A stretch of 58,118 nucleotides of DNA, the filler included, from Basidiobolus ranarum (taxonomy: Eukaryota), in NCBI GenBank assembly GCA_040143965.1. It is 2 parts of 2 records of this genome, joined end to end, with 100 filler letters (N's around TTAATTAATTAA, not from the genome) between each part and the next. Parts side by side here need not be neighbours in the genome. Positions count along the whole stretch, not along the records: positions 1 to 29,019 come from JASJQH010000108.1; 1 more part is not named here. One strand, given 5' to 3'. The notes under the pieces were generated by a model that worked only from the letters and a program-made list of their open reading frames with translations, was not told the DNA's origin and did not search any database. Each line of letters opens with the position of its first letter. Position 1 is the stretch's first letter. A program made the translations under genes and the position numbers. This document shows, piece by piece, positions 14,771 to 28,357 of this stretch.

Positions 14771-17104
14771 CTACTTCTTATTGCGGTCTAAATTCAACCG
14801 CATTACACCTGTGTTTGTGTTAGCAGCAGGTCTGCGTTTTGGTGTAGTAGGTGTTTTTGGTTTCTTGATTTGTGATGTGGGGATGGTGGAATTCAACGGA
14901 CCATTATTGTTATTACTGCCTACTGAATTAGCTGATATTCCAATTGGGTTATTTCCTTTCATTTTCTTGTTCATGACTCCTGCGTCAAGGTTCTCTGTAA
15001 CTGATTCCAGTTTGGTTTTGCCTAATAGAAGTGAAATAAAAAAATGGTTGGAAGTCTGAAACCACACGAAAAAGTTCACTAAGAGAGTTTGTAATTGAGT
15101 TTAAGAAGGGTATGAAGAGCCGATTCAAATTCAAAGGCAACTTGTCTTTGTCATTGCAAGTAGACATAATAATTTGGCCAATCCATGATTATAATATAAA
15201 TATTGAAGGGAGGAAACAGAACGCATATACTTGTTCTACATAGGAGAAATGGGCTTCATTCGATATGATTATAAGCTATCAATATATTCAAATAGGGTAA
15301 CACTAAAGGTACCACATGAATGAAACTAAGCGCATCTAGAATTTCGATAAGGGCACTCTAACTGTAGATCAAAGGGTAGGAGGATTGGGAAAGCTACGAT
15401 TCAATTGTTGGACTCCTTCTTACCTAAAACTGGTGATTCCTCATTCATATGCAGCGATTCAGCATGGGGAGCAGGTGAGCCTTCTTGCTTGATAACGATT
15501 GAGCCCCCGCTTTCATTCATTTCATTGCTGGAGTTTTGAGGACCGGGGGACGGTTTCCCTATGGGGTGTATGGATGAAAAACTGGGGGTGGAGAGAGTGG
15601 AGATATTATTTATCGTAGGTTGCAGAGGCATACCGTTAGGAGCATTGAAATTCCCATTGATTCCAACAATTCGATTCTGAACGTTTCGAAGAGCTTCCGC
15701 GTATTTTTGTAATGATTCTAATATTGATAGGAAGATTAAGCCAATATCCAAGAAGATTCTTACAGTGTAGAACTTACGAATGGCGCCTGTGTTGAACTCT
15801 AAACTATATGAGATGAGGTCTCGCATATGGAAGATCACTTCGGATATCTAACACAACACAATTATCATTGAGCTGACATGATATGAAAGGTAGCAATACA
15901 GTATGTAAGTACCTCTAGACATCTCATTGTCTTGATAGGAACACCATATTCATTAACACACGATGGCGGAAGGTCGATTAGATCATCATCGCTGTTACTA
16001 GCTTTCATCTTGGGCTTGCCCGAGGCATCTTTGGCATCGCTTGCTTGCTGGGCAAGACTCAACAAAAAACTTCGAGATAAATACTCATTATGGTGACTGC
16101 TGTGGAACTCCATCAGCTCTATCTTAAGTTGTGCGTTGAAAGCTACTCGAAGTATTCCACTAACGGTAACCTTTAAAGGTGTAAGTAGCGTTGAATGTCG
16201 CGTGTAAGTGATAATCAGCTTACCTGAACATCGTTATCGAAATGGTAGATAAAGTTGGCTCGTGTGCACTCAACAACATGTGATTCATTTGGAAGTACGT
16301 ATTCTTGTGGGTTTTCCAGCGTAAGGTTCATTTCAGTTACGCCGGATTCAAAATTGATCAAGTAAAATCTCGGTAATAAGGAGGTGTTCAACTCTGTGAA
16401 GTGTGGGAGGGTTAGTACCCAATGGATACTAAGTCAACTGCCAAAATATACATACCAAAAACCCGCACATCTTTGAATTGTGAATTACGAACTGAATACT
16501 TCATAAGCCCCGACTCTGCGTAAAACTCTGAAGTAAACTTTCGCCAGTGTTCAATATCAAATTTGGAGGCCTAACGGGTATAATTTAGCATATATATGAT
16601 GATTCGGCTCAGAAGCACATCGAAGATACTACCTCTGACATCGGTGATAGATGTTCTCCGTACTGAACTAATCGATACACGGCTGCGCCAGGGATAGCAG
16701 GTCTAAATTTTGTATTTGAATGTCAGATCAATGGGTTTCACGAATTTAGCAAGTTTTACTAAGACTCACGTAGTTTGAGCTCCATTAGGTACAGCTAGAT
16801 TAACTGGAACAGAGGAAGCTCGCGCCGCATTGGTCACAACGGGTGAAGGAACAGAAGAGGGTATATTGGATAATTGTGGAGTTTGTTGCAACTGTTGTGG
16901 TTGCTGTATTCCCTGGGGAAGAGGTTGGCCATTTGGCATTGAAGCATTTCCCCCAAGCCCCTGCATAAATTGAGGAGCCATTTGGGGTTGACCGACTTGC
17001 CCATTTGGTTGTCCATTTCTCATGGCAGCCTGTTGGAGAAACTGTCTTTGTCGAAGCAACTGCAGTTGCGCTTGATTAGGAACGAATTGCGTGGTAGTAG
17101 ACAT
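14771..17104 (-). CDS. LIM-domain-binding (LDB/Adn1/Mfg1/PtaB-like) transcriptional co-regulator, multi-exon
   Basis: Q-rich N-terminus; LIM_bind-like segments HWRKFTSEFY, LLPRFYLINFESGV, EFHSSHHNEYLSR and VNEYGVPIKTMRCLEISEVIFHMRDLI; low-complexity basic C-terminus. Confidence 0.8.
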
Positions 17105-17946
17105 TTTATAAAATTGAGTTATGATTATCTGAGGGGTTTTGAGTTTTGCAAAATATAGTCTATAGTTTCAAGAATCGGGAGGTTGGTCTGGTAGTCTTTA
17201 AACAAGACCGATTTTGATGGTTTTTTCAAAAAGAAAGAAATATTTAGACCAGGATCAATAACAGTTGTGGATATGCCTTGGCAAGGGAAAACTGTTACAA
17301 AAGATAGGAAAAGGAGTATATAGATACACAAAGTATAATTGAACGTGGTGAATTGGCTACTCAAACAAGGATAGCCGAAAGGACTATGTATTTAAAAAGT
17401 TAAAGCTTACACAATCAAAAAATATGAGGATTTCGAGGGCATATATTAAGGTGTTTCTTATTGAACATAGAAAGTATGTCACCTGGGCTTTTCAAATCAG
17501 ACCCCTGCTCACTATTGGATATAGGTTTGGTGTTTGGATTGATTTCTTTATTGGTCAGGAATTATCGCGTTTTACCAGAGAGAAATTGGACCTAACCAAA
17601 TCCAATTAGAGAAAACTGTCAACCGCGTTGAAGCTTACTAATGTACAAAGAGGGAGCAAAAAGTAGGAAAATCAATGATTAGCAGTAAGGGTTAGGGCTA
17701 AGGGGGAGTATATTATTCCAGGCTTAAGGTTAGACTTTATATAGCACAGTTGTATACATTGTTCACCAACTAATAATATTTATTAGCTGAAGTGGAATAA
17801 CACAGTCCGAAAAATCCGAATTTCCGATAGAGTATGTGAAACGTTCATGATTATCGAGACTGATTTGAGTGTTTTTTGACGAATGCTCGTGAATCCTGGC
17901 TTGACTCAATATTCCTTAAATAGAGTTTCTATTTTGCTGCTCACAC

Positions 17947-19449
17947 ATGAACTACGCCAAGCAACTTTCCAAGTTCAAATTGCTACCAAGTCAGGATGTT
18001 TTTATACAGTTTGTTGGAGTTATGCGAATTATACTAATGTCAACTTCAGACTTTACCTTAAACAGAAAAGCTTTCACAGGTTCAGTGACATTACTTGCAT
18101 TTGGAATGGGTATCGATAGTGATAGTGTGCCTGGAGAGGCTACAGCCGCCAATATTTCCGACCAAGAGTTCAAATATACAACTCAAAACCGTGAACATCA
18201 TCTCCCTAATGGGGGCTTTCGTAATCCTTGGAAGTCTTTCACAAATCATGGCTTCTGTGACATGTTCAGCCTTTTAAAAGATTATGATCGCCAAAGATGT
18301 TCCATTCCACCTAAGGAGCAGTTAGTTCCAGTTTTAACTCCAGATTTTGAGCTACTGAACAAGCCAGAGAAGACAGGATTTCAATTAACCTGGCTTGGAC
18401 ACGCTTGCTTTTTGTTACAAGTTGACGGTATCAACATATTATTTGACCCAGTATTTTCTGACAGGTAGCTTTTTGAAATCTTCTTTTCTGAAGACTCGCT
18501 AACGCTTTTGATTAAAAAGGTGCTCTCCAGTTCAGTTTGTCGGTCCAAAGAGATACACTCCACCTCCTTGTAAGATTGAAGAGCTTCCCAAGATTGACAT
18601 AGTGGTAATTAGTCATAATCAGTAAGTCGAAGTCTGTTTCATTATCTATTATCCAATGAACAAGTAACCGACCTTTGTATATAAGCTATGATCACTTGGA
18701 TTTGAATACAGTGAAAGCATTGGGAAATGGCCCACGTTACTTTGTACCTTTAGGAAACAAAAAATGGTTCGAGTCTACTGGAATTAAGAATGTTGTTGAG
18801 TGTGACTGGTGGGATGAGACTGAGGTCTCCTTAGAAGGAGAGAGGGACGTCAAAATTGTGTGTACTCCTTGCCAACATTTCACAGGTAAAGCCAGATGTC
18901 GTTCATTCTTTTCGAGCTCCTAGTCAACTTTATTTTGATAGGGCGTGGTGTACATGATCGATTCCAAACACTGTGGGCTAGTTGGTGCGTTATTACTAGG
19001 AATGAGGAGAAGTTTTATTTTGCTGGGTAAGAGATGGCTCCTTTATTTATACTTTTCTGCAAAATATTAAGCTCTCTTTTTGTAGTGATACTGGTTACCG
19101 CTCAGTTCCAAAGAACAAGGATGAAGAATCGGTACCATATTGTCCCGCCTTCTTGGAAATCGGACACAAGTACGGCCCCTTTGACCTTGCATGTATCCCT
19201 ATTGGAGCATATTCGCCACGCTGGTTCATGTCACCTATACACTGTTCACCCGAGGACGCTGTCAGAGTTCATGAGGATGTACAGTCAAAGAAATCCGTTG
19301 GAATGCATTGGGCCACATGGGTATTAACTGATGAAGATGTAACCGAGCCTCCTCGTAGGTTAAAGCAAGAGCTACAAAATCGAAAGCATAATGAAGAGGA
19401 CTTCATTACCATTGAAATAGGTCGTACAATACATGTACCAAAGAAATAA
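17947..19449 (+). CDS. N-acyl-phosphatidylethanolamine phospholipase D-like metallo-beta-lactamase, multi-exon
   Basis: [29 protein letters not shown] (split by an intron), [35 protein letters not shown] and MHWAT. Confidence 0.9.
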
Positions 19450-19657
19450 TACCTATCATGAACTGACATATTGTGAAATACTCTCTGTTGAAATTATACT
19501 CAGCCTAGTCGAACACGCTAGTCTTTTGCTTTATGTTAAGCTGAGTTTCTCCATTGTTAGATTATGAATAGATTGTTATTTGAGGATAAATAAAGTATGT
19601 AATCAACTTTCTTTGAATGATTTTTATATTGAATAACACATGCATAGGTAATGAGAT

Positions 19658-21011
19658 TTAAAGATTAGCTTTACGGGTAATGGCTGTAGCTGCCCTAGAG
19701 CTATTAGACCGATTTAAAGAGCTAGATATAAAGTTTCCTGCTTCAATTAATTTATCCAAGTCAATTCCAGTTTCAACCCCAAGGCCATGAAGCATGTAGA
19801 CGACATCTTCAGTCGCTACATTACCAGTGGCTCCTTTAGCATAAGGACATCCTCCAAGACCAGCGGTAGAGCTGTCAACTACCCGAACTCCAAACTAACA
19901 ATAAATATCAAGGCTCTATTAGCTACTATAAAATACAAATCGGAGGTTGTTAATTACCTGAAGGGCGGCCAAGATGTTTGCTAGTGCTTGACCATACGTA
20001 TCGTGACAATGTACTGCCAGTTTTTCAACAGGAACTTCTTTGGCAACAGCTTCCAACATCTTCAAAGTGGAGGCTAGCAATGATTATCAATAAGTATTGT
20101 ACTACTTTCAAACCGAAATAGAATAAAAATTATTTACCAGGATTCCCAACTCCAATTGTATCCCCTAAAGAAATTTCATAACATCCCATATCATAGAGTT
20201 TCTTCGACACGTCGGCAACAACCTTGGGATCAACGTCTCCCTCGTACGGACATCCAACAACACAAGATACATAACTGTTGATTAAAAATAATTATTTCTA
20301 AACATTTCACACGAATGCAAAGTTCATTGATATCAAGTTATTTACCCTCTAATACGGACATTCTTCTCTTTGGCTTTGTCTACCACTGCACGAAAGCGTT
20401 CGAGACTTTCATCAATTGTACAGTTAATATTTCTCTTACTGAATGCTTCTGATGCAGCACCAAAGATAGCAACCTCCTCTGCATTGCAAGATAAAGCAGA
20501 TTCTAACCCTTTAACATTAGGAGCTAAGACTGGATAAGAGACACCGTTTTTACGGAGAATTTTGTTCATTACTTCAGTAGCATCTCGCATCTTTGAGTAG
20601 TTGTATAAATTATTATCATTCCCTCCATCATGCATATACATTAAATACATGCTCCTACCTGTGGAACAGCTTTCGGGGAGACGAAAGAGGTAGCTTCGAC
20701 TACCTTGAGTCCAGTTTCAGAGAGTTTGTTTATGAAAGCAATTTTTGTATCAGTGGGTACAAAAGTTTTCTCATTTTGTAGACCGTCCCTAGGTCCAACT
20801 TCTACGACCTTTACTTTCTGTCCACGGAGCTGTTTTAAAGAGTTTTTAGTTGAGGTACCTCCAAACTGATCTATAACAAAAATAACTATACTTGAGCAAG
20901 GCTATTGTCTACCACTGGGGAAACAATAGAAACGAAATTTCTTCGGCTTCCTCTGGTAAAGACAGCGGCGGCACTTTTTACCAGAGTTAGTGAATTTCGT
21001 ATTCCAGGCAT
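19658..21011 (-). CDS. Hydroxymethylglutaryl-CoA lyase, mitochondrial, multi-exon
   Basis: Arg/Ser-rich presequence MPGIRNSL..., then [41 protein letters not shown] and [19 protein letters not shown]. Confidence 0.92.
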
Positions 21012-21288
21012 AGTTACGAAGGAAGGGACAGAAGGCTTAGCAACACTCAATCAACGAAACTTCTTTAAAAATGGGGCACCTAAGAGCTAATTCCAAGTCA
21101 TGCCACCGTGCGAATATACAATATAAATATATTTCAAAGCCCTCCTGGTTGGTTGGACCTGCTTTCTCACGATACAGTGGTTATCACGAGACTCCGAGTA
21201 AAACCAGTCAAATATTTTATATTTATGTGATTAATCATTTACACTTAAAACTCTGACGTATGCTGAAGTATGTAGTATTTTCAACCCG

Positions 21289-21951
21289 ATGTCTTGCTCA
21301 AACGGCGTGGCATTTGTGACAGTTGGCTCTACCGGATTTGATAACCTAATTTCAAAAGTAGTTACCTCTGAATTTACTCAAGAACTAGAAAAACTTGGAT
21401 ACTCATCCCTTATAGTTCAATATGGAAGCAGCTCCCAAGTATTCCCCAAAGAACTTCCTAACGGAAAACTAGAAATATCTGGGTACGATTACAAATCCAC
21501 AATTCAATTAGATTTAGAGAAAGCTCACCTAGTGATTAGTCATGCTGGTACGTGTTTATACGTCTTTACTACCTGCTTTGTCAAAACCAAGTTAGTTATT
21601 CACATATGGCACACTTATACAAACTTATCTATAGGTTCAGGCTCAATAATTGATGCTTTAAGAATGGGCAAACCTCTGATAGTTGTAGTTAATGAAACAC
21701 TGATGGATAACCACCAACTTGAATTAGCTAAGAAGTTAAGTTCAGAAGGGTATTTGATCTATACCACCGTCAGGTAGGGTTAACCAGTATTGTATCAACT
21801 AGTAACAAAAAGACTCAAACATTTTCTGTGTTTCTGCAGTGAATTATCGGATTGTTTACGCTCTCGTAAATATGAAAACTTGACACCTTTTCCAGAAGCA
21901 AAAACCCAAATTTTCGGCGACTTTTTGGATGCGGCAATAGGGTTTAGTTGA
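21289..21951 (+). CDS. ALG13: UDP-GlcNAc transferase subunit Alg13 (3 exons)
   Basis: FVTVGSTGFD, VISHAG|SGS and VVVNETLMDNHQLELA. Confidence 0.9.
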
Positions 21952-22137
21952 ATATTTTATTAAAATATCCACTTGACCAGAAACCAAGAATAAAGTTGAC
22001 TTAATCTTAGCCGAACACTAGTAATCTAATTCGTACTTGACACGAGAAAATAAGCCGCCAAACACTGTTTGGTATTTTTAATGTCCGATGACTATATATT
22101 TACCTCGTCAAATAGTCACATTCATTATCATTCCACG

Positions 22138-22891
22138 ATGCTTACACTTAAGGCCATTTCTTTGATTTGCACTGTCCTTTGCGCCACCTACGCTTATCCA
22201 AATATAGACAAGCGTCAAGTACCGATCGGCACTAGTATCTCGCAATGTCTCCCAGGCCAAGTCGCTATCACTTTTGATGATGGTCCTTCCAATTTCACCC
22301 ATCCACTGCTAGACACACTTTCGAGTTTCGGAGCCCGGTCAACATTTTTCGTAGTGGGTTCAAGTGAGTTGATGTTTATTGTAATTCATATTTTCACTGG
22401 AGACTAACTATCCTTTAGTGATTGAGGAGAACTCCTCAGCTCTGCTTCGCGCTTATCGTGAAGGACACCAAATCGGCTTGCATACCTGGTCACATGCAAA
22501 CCTCAACCATCTCACAGAAGCAAGTATACACGATGAAATGACAAAGGTTTCTGATGCAGTCGCTGGAGTTATTGGTGTAAGGCCTCGCTTCGTGCGTTGT
22601 CCTTATGGGTCGTGCGATGAACGAGTGTTGAGGATCTTAGGAGATATGGGATACAAGATTGTCAACTGGAATTTAGACACAGATGACTGGCGTACACTGA
22701 GCCCCGACCATACCATCAAAGCCTATGAGAATGCCTTAACCGACAAAAATGAAGGATTTATCTCTCTGCAGCACGATATATACGAAACTACAATTAGTGC
22801 AGTGCCAAGGATTATACAAACCATTAGACTTCGAGGGTTTGAGACCAACACAGTAGCAGACTGTTTGAATGATAACCATGCATATTTTTGA
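22138..22891 (+). CDS. Secreted CE4 polysaccharide/chitin deacetylase (intron 22364-22418)
   Basis: Signal peptide and KR propeptide; NodB motifs TFDDGP, HTWSH, RCPYG, DTDDW and LQHD. Confidence 0.92.
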
Positions 22892-23046
22892 GAATCTGTT
22901 TGAGAATCTCTTACTCATACCGCTTATTTATCTAGATTAGCTGATTTCGATAATTATATTTATTCATTTTGATAGCTCTATCGTACAGCAATCAGTTAAA
23001 TACGCTATTTATTCATTTCCACAATAGTCAAATAATTAAATTAAAT

Positions 23047-23820
23047 TTAGAAATACAATTCGGAGTCACCCAAGCACTCGCCCATATTAACAGGTTTGAA
23101 TCCATATCGTCTAATGTTATCAATGATACTGGCAGTAGCTTTAATAGTGGTCTCATGGATATCGTGCTGTAGAGCAATAAAGCTATCTGTGTTGGCATTA
23201 GCCACCGAAAGAGTTTCCCGGTAGGTATCCACAGTTTTTTCGGTGCTCTTATTTTCCCAATCCTTGGTATCAAGATTCCAATGAATTACCTTAAGATTTT
23301 TTTTACCCAGCACTGCTAAAGCAGCAGCATCACAAGCTCCATAGGGACAGCGGATATACTGAGGCTTCTTTCCGATGGCATTCTCAATTGCGGTCGCGGC
23401 CAAGTCTACTTCGCTTTCAATAGCTGGACCTAGGAGAGTATCTAAGTTGGCGTGGGTATAGGTATGGGAAGCGATGTGATGCCCTTCGTTGAGAGCTTTC
23501 AATACGATTTCTGGATTCTGCTCAACCACTACATTTTCTATATTAGTTGAAGTTTAATTTTCACGTAAATATTGATAGAACTTACTGGTTCCCACGACGA
23601 AGAATGTTGCACTAACACCTGCTGTCTTCAGGATTCCCAATAGCTCTTCAGTAAGCACAGTCGCAGGTCCATCATCAAATGTCAAAGCCACCATACCGCT
23701 GTTGACACAGCGTTCATATCTTACACCAGGCTGAACAACACGTTTAACCAACGGATAGGACTCGACATGTAAGAGAGTTAAGAGTAACAAGGAAATTGAG
23801 AAGCTTATCTTGAAATTCAT
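23047..23820 (-). CDS. Secreted CE4 polysaccharide/chitin deacetylase (intron 23529-23585)
   Basis: Signal peptide and KR; motifs TFDDGP, HTYTH, RCPYG, DTKDW and LQHD. Confidence 0.92.
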
Positions 23821-24435
23821 TTTTTCACTTCTAGGAATGTATCGATATAGTGTTTGAAAACCGTTGAGTGAGTTATATAGATTTTCAGTTGCGGCTTTAC
23901 TCGTACCTTTAACACCATATAATGTTGGTATGATAGGGGCGCATTACGTTGGAATACCTGCTTCCTGTATTTACATAAACTTCCGAACCTTCTCTCTAAG
24001 GAACTCCATATGTAGAGGTTGTATACATATCATGCACTGGACGGGGTAACCCCAAGAACAAAGTAAACATCTAGGTTTAAGGAATCCAATACAAACTGTA
24101 TAAAATGAACCACTATCTTGGCCATGTACCTGCGCGTTAAATCCCCTCATCAACCCCTCAACTTTATTCTTAAAAGGGGATAATTCACAGGAATGCTTTT
24201 GTTATCACCGAAAATTACTTCAGTCAAGTGAGTTTGTTTTCAATTTGGAATCACTCATCATTAGGTCTTTTGTACAAACATCATTATTGTGGTCACGTTC
24301 ACGTACCCGTTATCATTACCTAATAGTAATAAGGGATCTTGCTCTATGTTTGTAATATGCAAATGACCGTATATAAATATAAATATATATTCTTTAAAAT
24401 AGTTGCAAAGTGAGCTAATGTTTATTTATTCAATA

Positions 24436-25452
24436 TCAAGGTTTCAAAATTAATTTACCAGTGGTCTTTCTGCCTTCTAAATCCTGGTGAGCTTGAGCAG
24501 CATCTTTTAGAGGATAAGTCTGGAATATTTTGATGTTCAACTTTTTGTTACCGATCAAGTCAAACAACTCATCCACCAATGGTTGAAATTCTTCCTTGGT
24601 AACAATGTAATTGAAAAGAGTTGGTCGAAGAAGTTTATAGTTGCCAACACTGAGTCGAGAGATATCAAAATTATCTACTTTGCCTGAGGCATTGCCGTAG
24701 GAGACTAAGGTACCACAACGACGTAACGAAGCCAAACTGATATCAAAAGTTTGTTTACCAACGCCGTCAAATACTGCGTGCACACCTTTACCATCAGTTA
24801 TCTTTTTAACTTCAGCAACAACGTCATCCTTTGTATAATTAATGACGTGGTCAGCACCGGCCTTTCGGGCGATTTCAGCTTTCTCGGGAGTGGAGGTAGT
24901 GCCAATTACGTTGGCACCAAAGTGTTTGCAGAGTTGTGTAAAGAGGAGACCAACACCACCGGCGGCGGCATGAACCAAGATCCAGTCATCAGGTTTAACT
25001 TTGTAAGATTCTTTAGCAAGAGATAAAGCAGTTAAACCCTGAAGAAGAGAAGCAGCTCCAACATCATAGTCAACACTTTCGGGAAGCTTTGCAGTTTTGT
25101 CTTCCTGTGAAAGACCATATTCGGCATAACTTCCAGCTGCGACATAAGCTACCCTATCACCTACCTTGAAGTCAGTCACCTGTTCGCCGACAGCCTCGAC
25201 AATTCCCGCTCCCTCTCTACCAAGTATAAGTGGTAAGGGAAGAGTATAAAGGCCAGTTCTATGATAAGTATCAATATAATTCACACCAATAGCATGGTTC
25301 TTTACAAGTAGTTCATTTTTAGATGGCTTAGGTATAGAAACGTCAGTGTAATTGAGAACTTCAACACCACCGGTTTTTTGAATTTGAATAGCTTTCATGG
25401 ACATATTGAGACGAGATAATGATGTGAAAGACCTACGAAATAAGCTTGCCAT
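24436..25452 (-). CDS. NADPH:quinone oxidoreductase (zeta-crystallin/Qor, MDR family), intronless
   Basis: IGVNYIDTYHRTG, LGREGAG, LLQGLTA, LVHAAAGGVG, VFDGVG and GRKTTGK. Start chosen at MASLFRR; an alternative start is MSMKAIQ at 25398. Confidence 0.92.
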   Translation of the reverse strand: MASLFRRSFTSLSRLNMSMKAIQIQKTGGVEVLNYTDVSIPKPSKNELLVKNHAIGVNYIDTYHRTGLYTLPLPLILGREGAGIVEAVGEQVTDFKVGDRVAYVAAGSYAEYGLSQEDKTAKLPESVDYDVGAASLLQGLTALSLAKESYKVKPDDWILVHAAAGGVGLLFTQLCKHFGANVIGTTSTPEKAEIARKAGADHVINYTKDDVVAEVKKITDGKGVHAVFDGVGKQTFDISLASLRRCGTLVSYGNASGKVDNFDISRLSVGNYKLLRPTLFNYIVTKEEFQPLVDELFDLIGNKKLNIKIFQTYPLKDAAQAHQDLEGRKTTGKLILKP

Positions 25453-25860
25453 TTTAAATACTTCCTCGTGTGAACAGATATTGTGGCAGTTTATACCATT
25501 TGAACCTCTTATTACTAAGCCTTCTGGGCCATTATTCAGCATCACTCACACGATCACATTTATATTGAATAAATGGCGTGATTATATACTGTATACTCAA
25601 ACGTCACCATATCTTACAAGTTGGTATTCAGATGCAGGATCAATCATAACATTTTAAATAAACAGCTTAATAGTGTGATTAATATGATAAGGATAACCAC
25701 CCAGTAAACAATTGAGTACGCCATGGATGTGAAAAAAGTCAAGGTGATTGTGATGGTGACTGAAGAAAAAAAAAGAAAAATATTTACTCGCTATGAAATA
25801 CAAGAATTTAAGTATAATTTGCAAGCTTTAGGGTTTCTTGCAAATAGATATCACACAACC

Positions 25861-27334
25861 ATGGCTAAACGTAGAGTAAGTATGCATCCTAATTCTTTAC
25901 TTTTTATATCATTATTCTTATGTTCCCTCAATCTATTATAGAGAAAGAATAGAACTCATGCTCGCCCCTCAGAAGTAGAGGATATTGGACCCAAACCTCC
26001 TAAAAGTTTTGTCTTACGATCAGGGCCTGTTGGTAAGGCGGTGACAATTCTTTCTCGAGATTTAAGAAAGGTCATGGAGCCAAATACCGCAACCAAATTG
26101 AAGGTAAGAATGAATTTAGTTAATGTTGAATTTAACCACCCAAAATATTCAAACTATTCTTCAATTAGGAACGTAAAAACAACAAACTTAAGGATTTCGT
26201 ACATGTTGCTGGTCAATTGGGTGTGACACATTATATGATTTTCTCACGTACCGACACTGGTACCAATCTGAGAATTGCTCGTAATCCTCGTGGTCCTACT
26301 TTGACTTTCCGCGTTCTCAAATATTCTCTGATCAAGGATGTGCTCCGTTTACAAAGAACCCCCAAATCACCTGGCTCGGAGTATCGCTCCCCACCTTTGG
26401 TACTTACTTGAATGATACTGTCTATGATTATTTTTGAACTTGGATCATTAACTTTATTATTCTGTAGTTGGTTCTCAATAACTTTGGTGGTGAAAATAAG
26501 GAAATGAAACTTATGACCTCCATGTTCCAAAACTTGTTCCCTCCTATCAACGTTCAAAATGTGAGATTACTCTATAGCAGTGATTGATTTATGCTCCATA
26601 TGTACTAATCTCATGAACTTTTTTAGATGCACCTTAATGATGCTCGTAGAGTGGTTCTTCTTAATTACAACAGCGAGACCCAAACAATTGACTTCAGACA
26701 TTATTGTATTGGAGTAAAGCCTATTGGAGTTACCAAGGGAGTTAAGAAGATCATCACTAGTGAACTTCCTAAGCTTGGAAAATTCGAAGATATCAGTGAA
26801 TATGTACTTAGAGAGGCTTTTGCATCTGAAAGTGATGTGGAAGATGGCCCAGACTCTACCGTCACCTTGGCTCAAAATTACCATGGACGTAACAATAGAA
26901 AATCAGAACAAAGAGCTATTCGTTTGACCGAACTTGGACCTCGTTTAGAAATGAAATTGACTAAAATCCAAGAGGGATTATGCGAAGGACCTATATTGTT
27001 CCATTCATACATTCATAAGTCTCCTGAAGAGATTAAGGCTCAAGAGAAGGCTAGACAAATGAAGAAACAAGAGGCTGCTGTCAGACGTAAGCAACAAGAA
27101 ATTAACGTTGAAAAGAAGAAAGCAGCCGCTGAGGCTCACAAAATTGCTTGTGGCGCTGGCGCAAGCAAACCTGAGGACGAGGAGGACGAAGACTCAGATG
27201 ACATTAAAGAGCATTCCGGTGATGATGATGACGATGATGTAGACGATGAAGATGAGGAGGACGAAGATGAAGAAGAAGAATTAGAAGCCTTTGACGACGA
27301 GTCCGGTGACGAAAGTAATGATGACGAAGAATAA
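25861..27334 (+). CDS. SSF1: Brix-domain ribosome biogenesis factor Ssf1/Peter Pan, multi-exon
   Basis: PKSFV, DLRKVMEPNTATKL, PRGPTLTFRV, DFRHY, ESDVED and LTELGPRL; acidic tail. Confidence 0.9.
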
Positions 27335-27506
27335 GCTTAGTTTCAATGTAATTTTTCTTGAAAATCAATAAAACCCTAATTTCATAGAAGTCTTCGTTCC
27401 AGATAGTATATTCAGTATATGCAATCGAAGTGATAGTTTCCAACAAATTTCAAGCTTTTATTTATCATTAGCTAGACCAATTTATTGACAGCAGGGTGAG
27501 GTCAGA

Positions 27507-28357
27507 TTAATACTTGACTTTATCTTGAGTCTTGCTCAAATAGTCCGAGAATTCTTGATAAGGTCCAACAGAGTAATTGGTTTCAGCCCACAAATCGGGG
27601 GTCAAGAAAGTATAAGTATGACCGATGGCAGCGAAAGTAGCCTTGACAAAGTTACCCAAAGTACGGGTAGAGCCACGGGCGGTAGTATAGCAATCAGTGA
27701 TACCGGCGAGTTGCAAAAGCTTCTTGGGAGTAGGAGCAGCAACAATACCTGTACCACGTGGAGCAGGAACAAGACGAGTGAGGACGGAACCGCACTTACC
27801 AGTAACTTTAGCTGGAACAGTATGAGGCATACCAAGGGAGGAACCCCAATAACCTCTACGAACAGGGATGATGCTAAGCTTGGCAAGGATAATAGCACCA
27901 CGGATAGCGGTAGCTACTTCCTTGGCGCACTTGACACCAAGACCAACATGACCATCGGAATCACCGATAAGGACAAAAGCCTTGAAACGAGTTCTTTGAC
28001 CAGCAGTAGTTTGCTTTTGAACAGGCATAATCTTAACAACTTCATCTTTCAAGCTGGGGAGGAAGAAATCGATGATTTGGTACTCCTTAACAGGAAGAGA
28101 GAAAAGGTAAATTTGTTCCATTGACTTGATTTTACCATCTTTTACGAGACGACCAAGTTTAGTGACAGGGACCCATTGGGTTTCTTCGTCCTTGCGTCCA
28201 CCCCGACGACCACGTCCGCGGCCACCACGACCGCCACGTCCACGTCCAAAACCACCGCGTCCTAATAAACAGGAGTTAGCATGGGTCTTATTTTCAACGG
28301 ATAATATTTATTTCTGAGCCTACCACCGCGACTATCGGCCGGTGCAGAGTCAGCCAT
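27507..28357 (-). CDS. RPS2: 40S ribosomal protein S2 (uS5)
   Basis: RGG-rich N-terminus, [28 protein letters not shown] and PVRRGYWG. One coding intron (~28262-28323) and a probable 5'UTR intron (~28361-28482). Confidence 0.96.

Noticed and set aside
27525-28124. 199-aa plus-strand ORF and other long antisense ORFs over KAP95, MON2, GH3 and Atg22
   Set aside because: These are shadows of codon-biased genes on the opposite strand, with no recognisable motifs.
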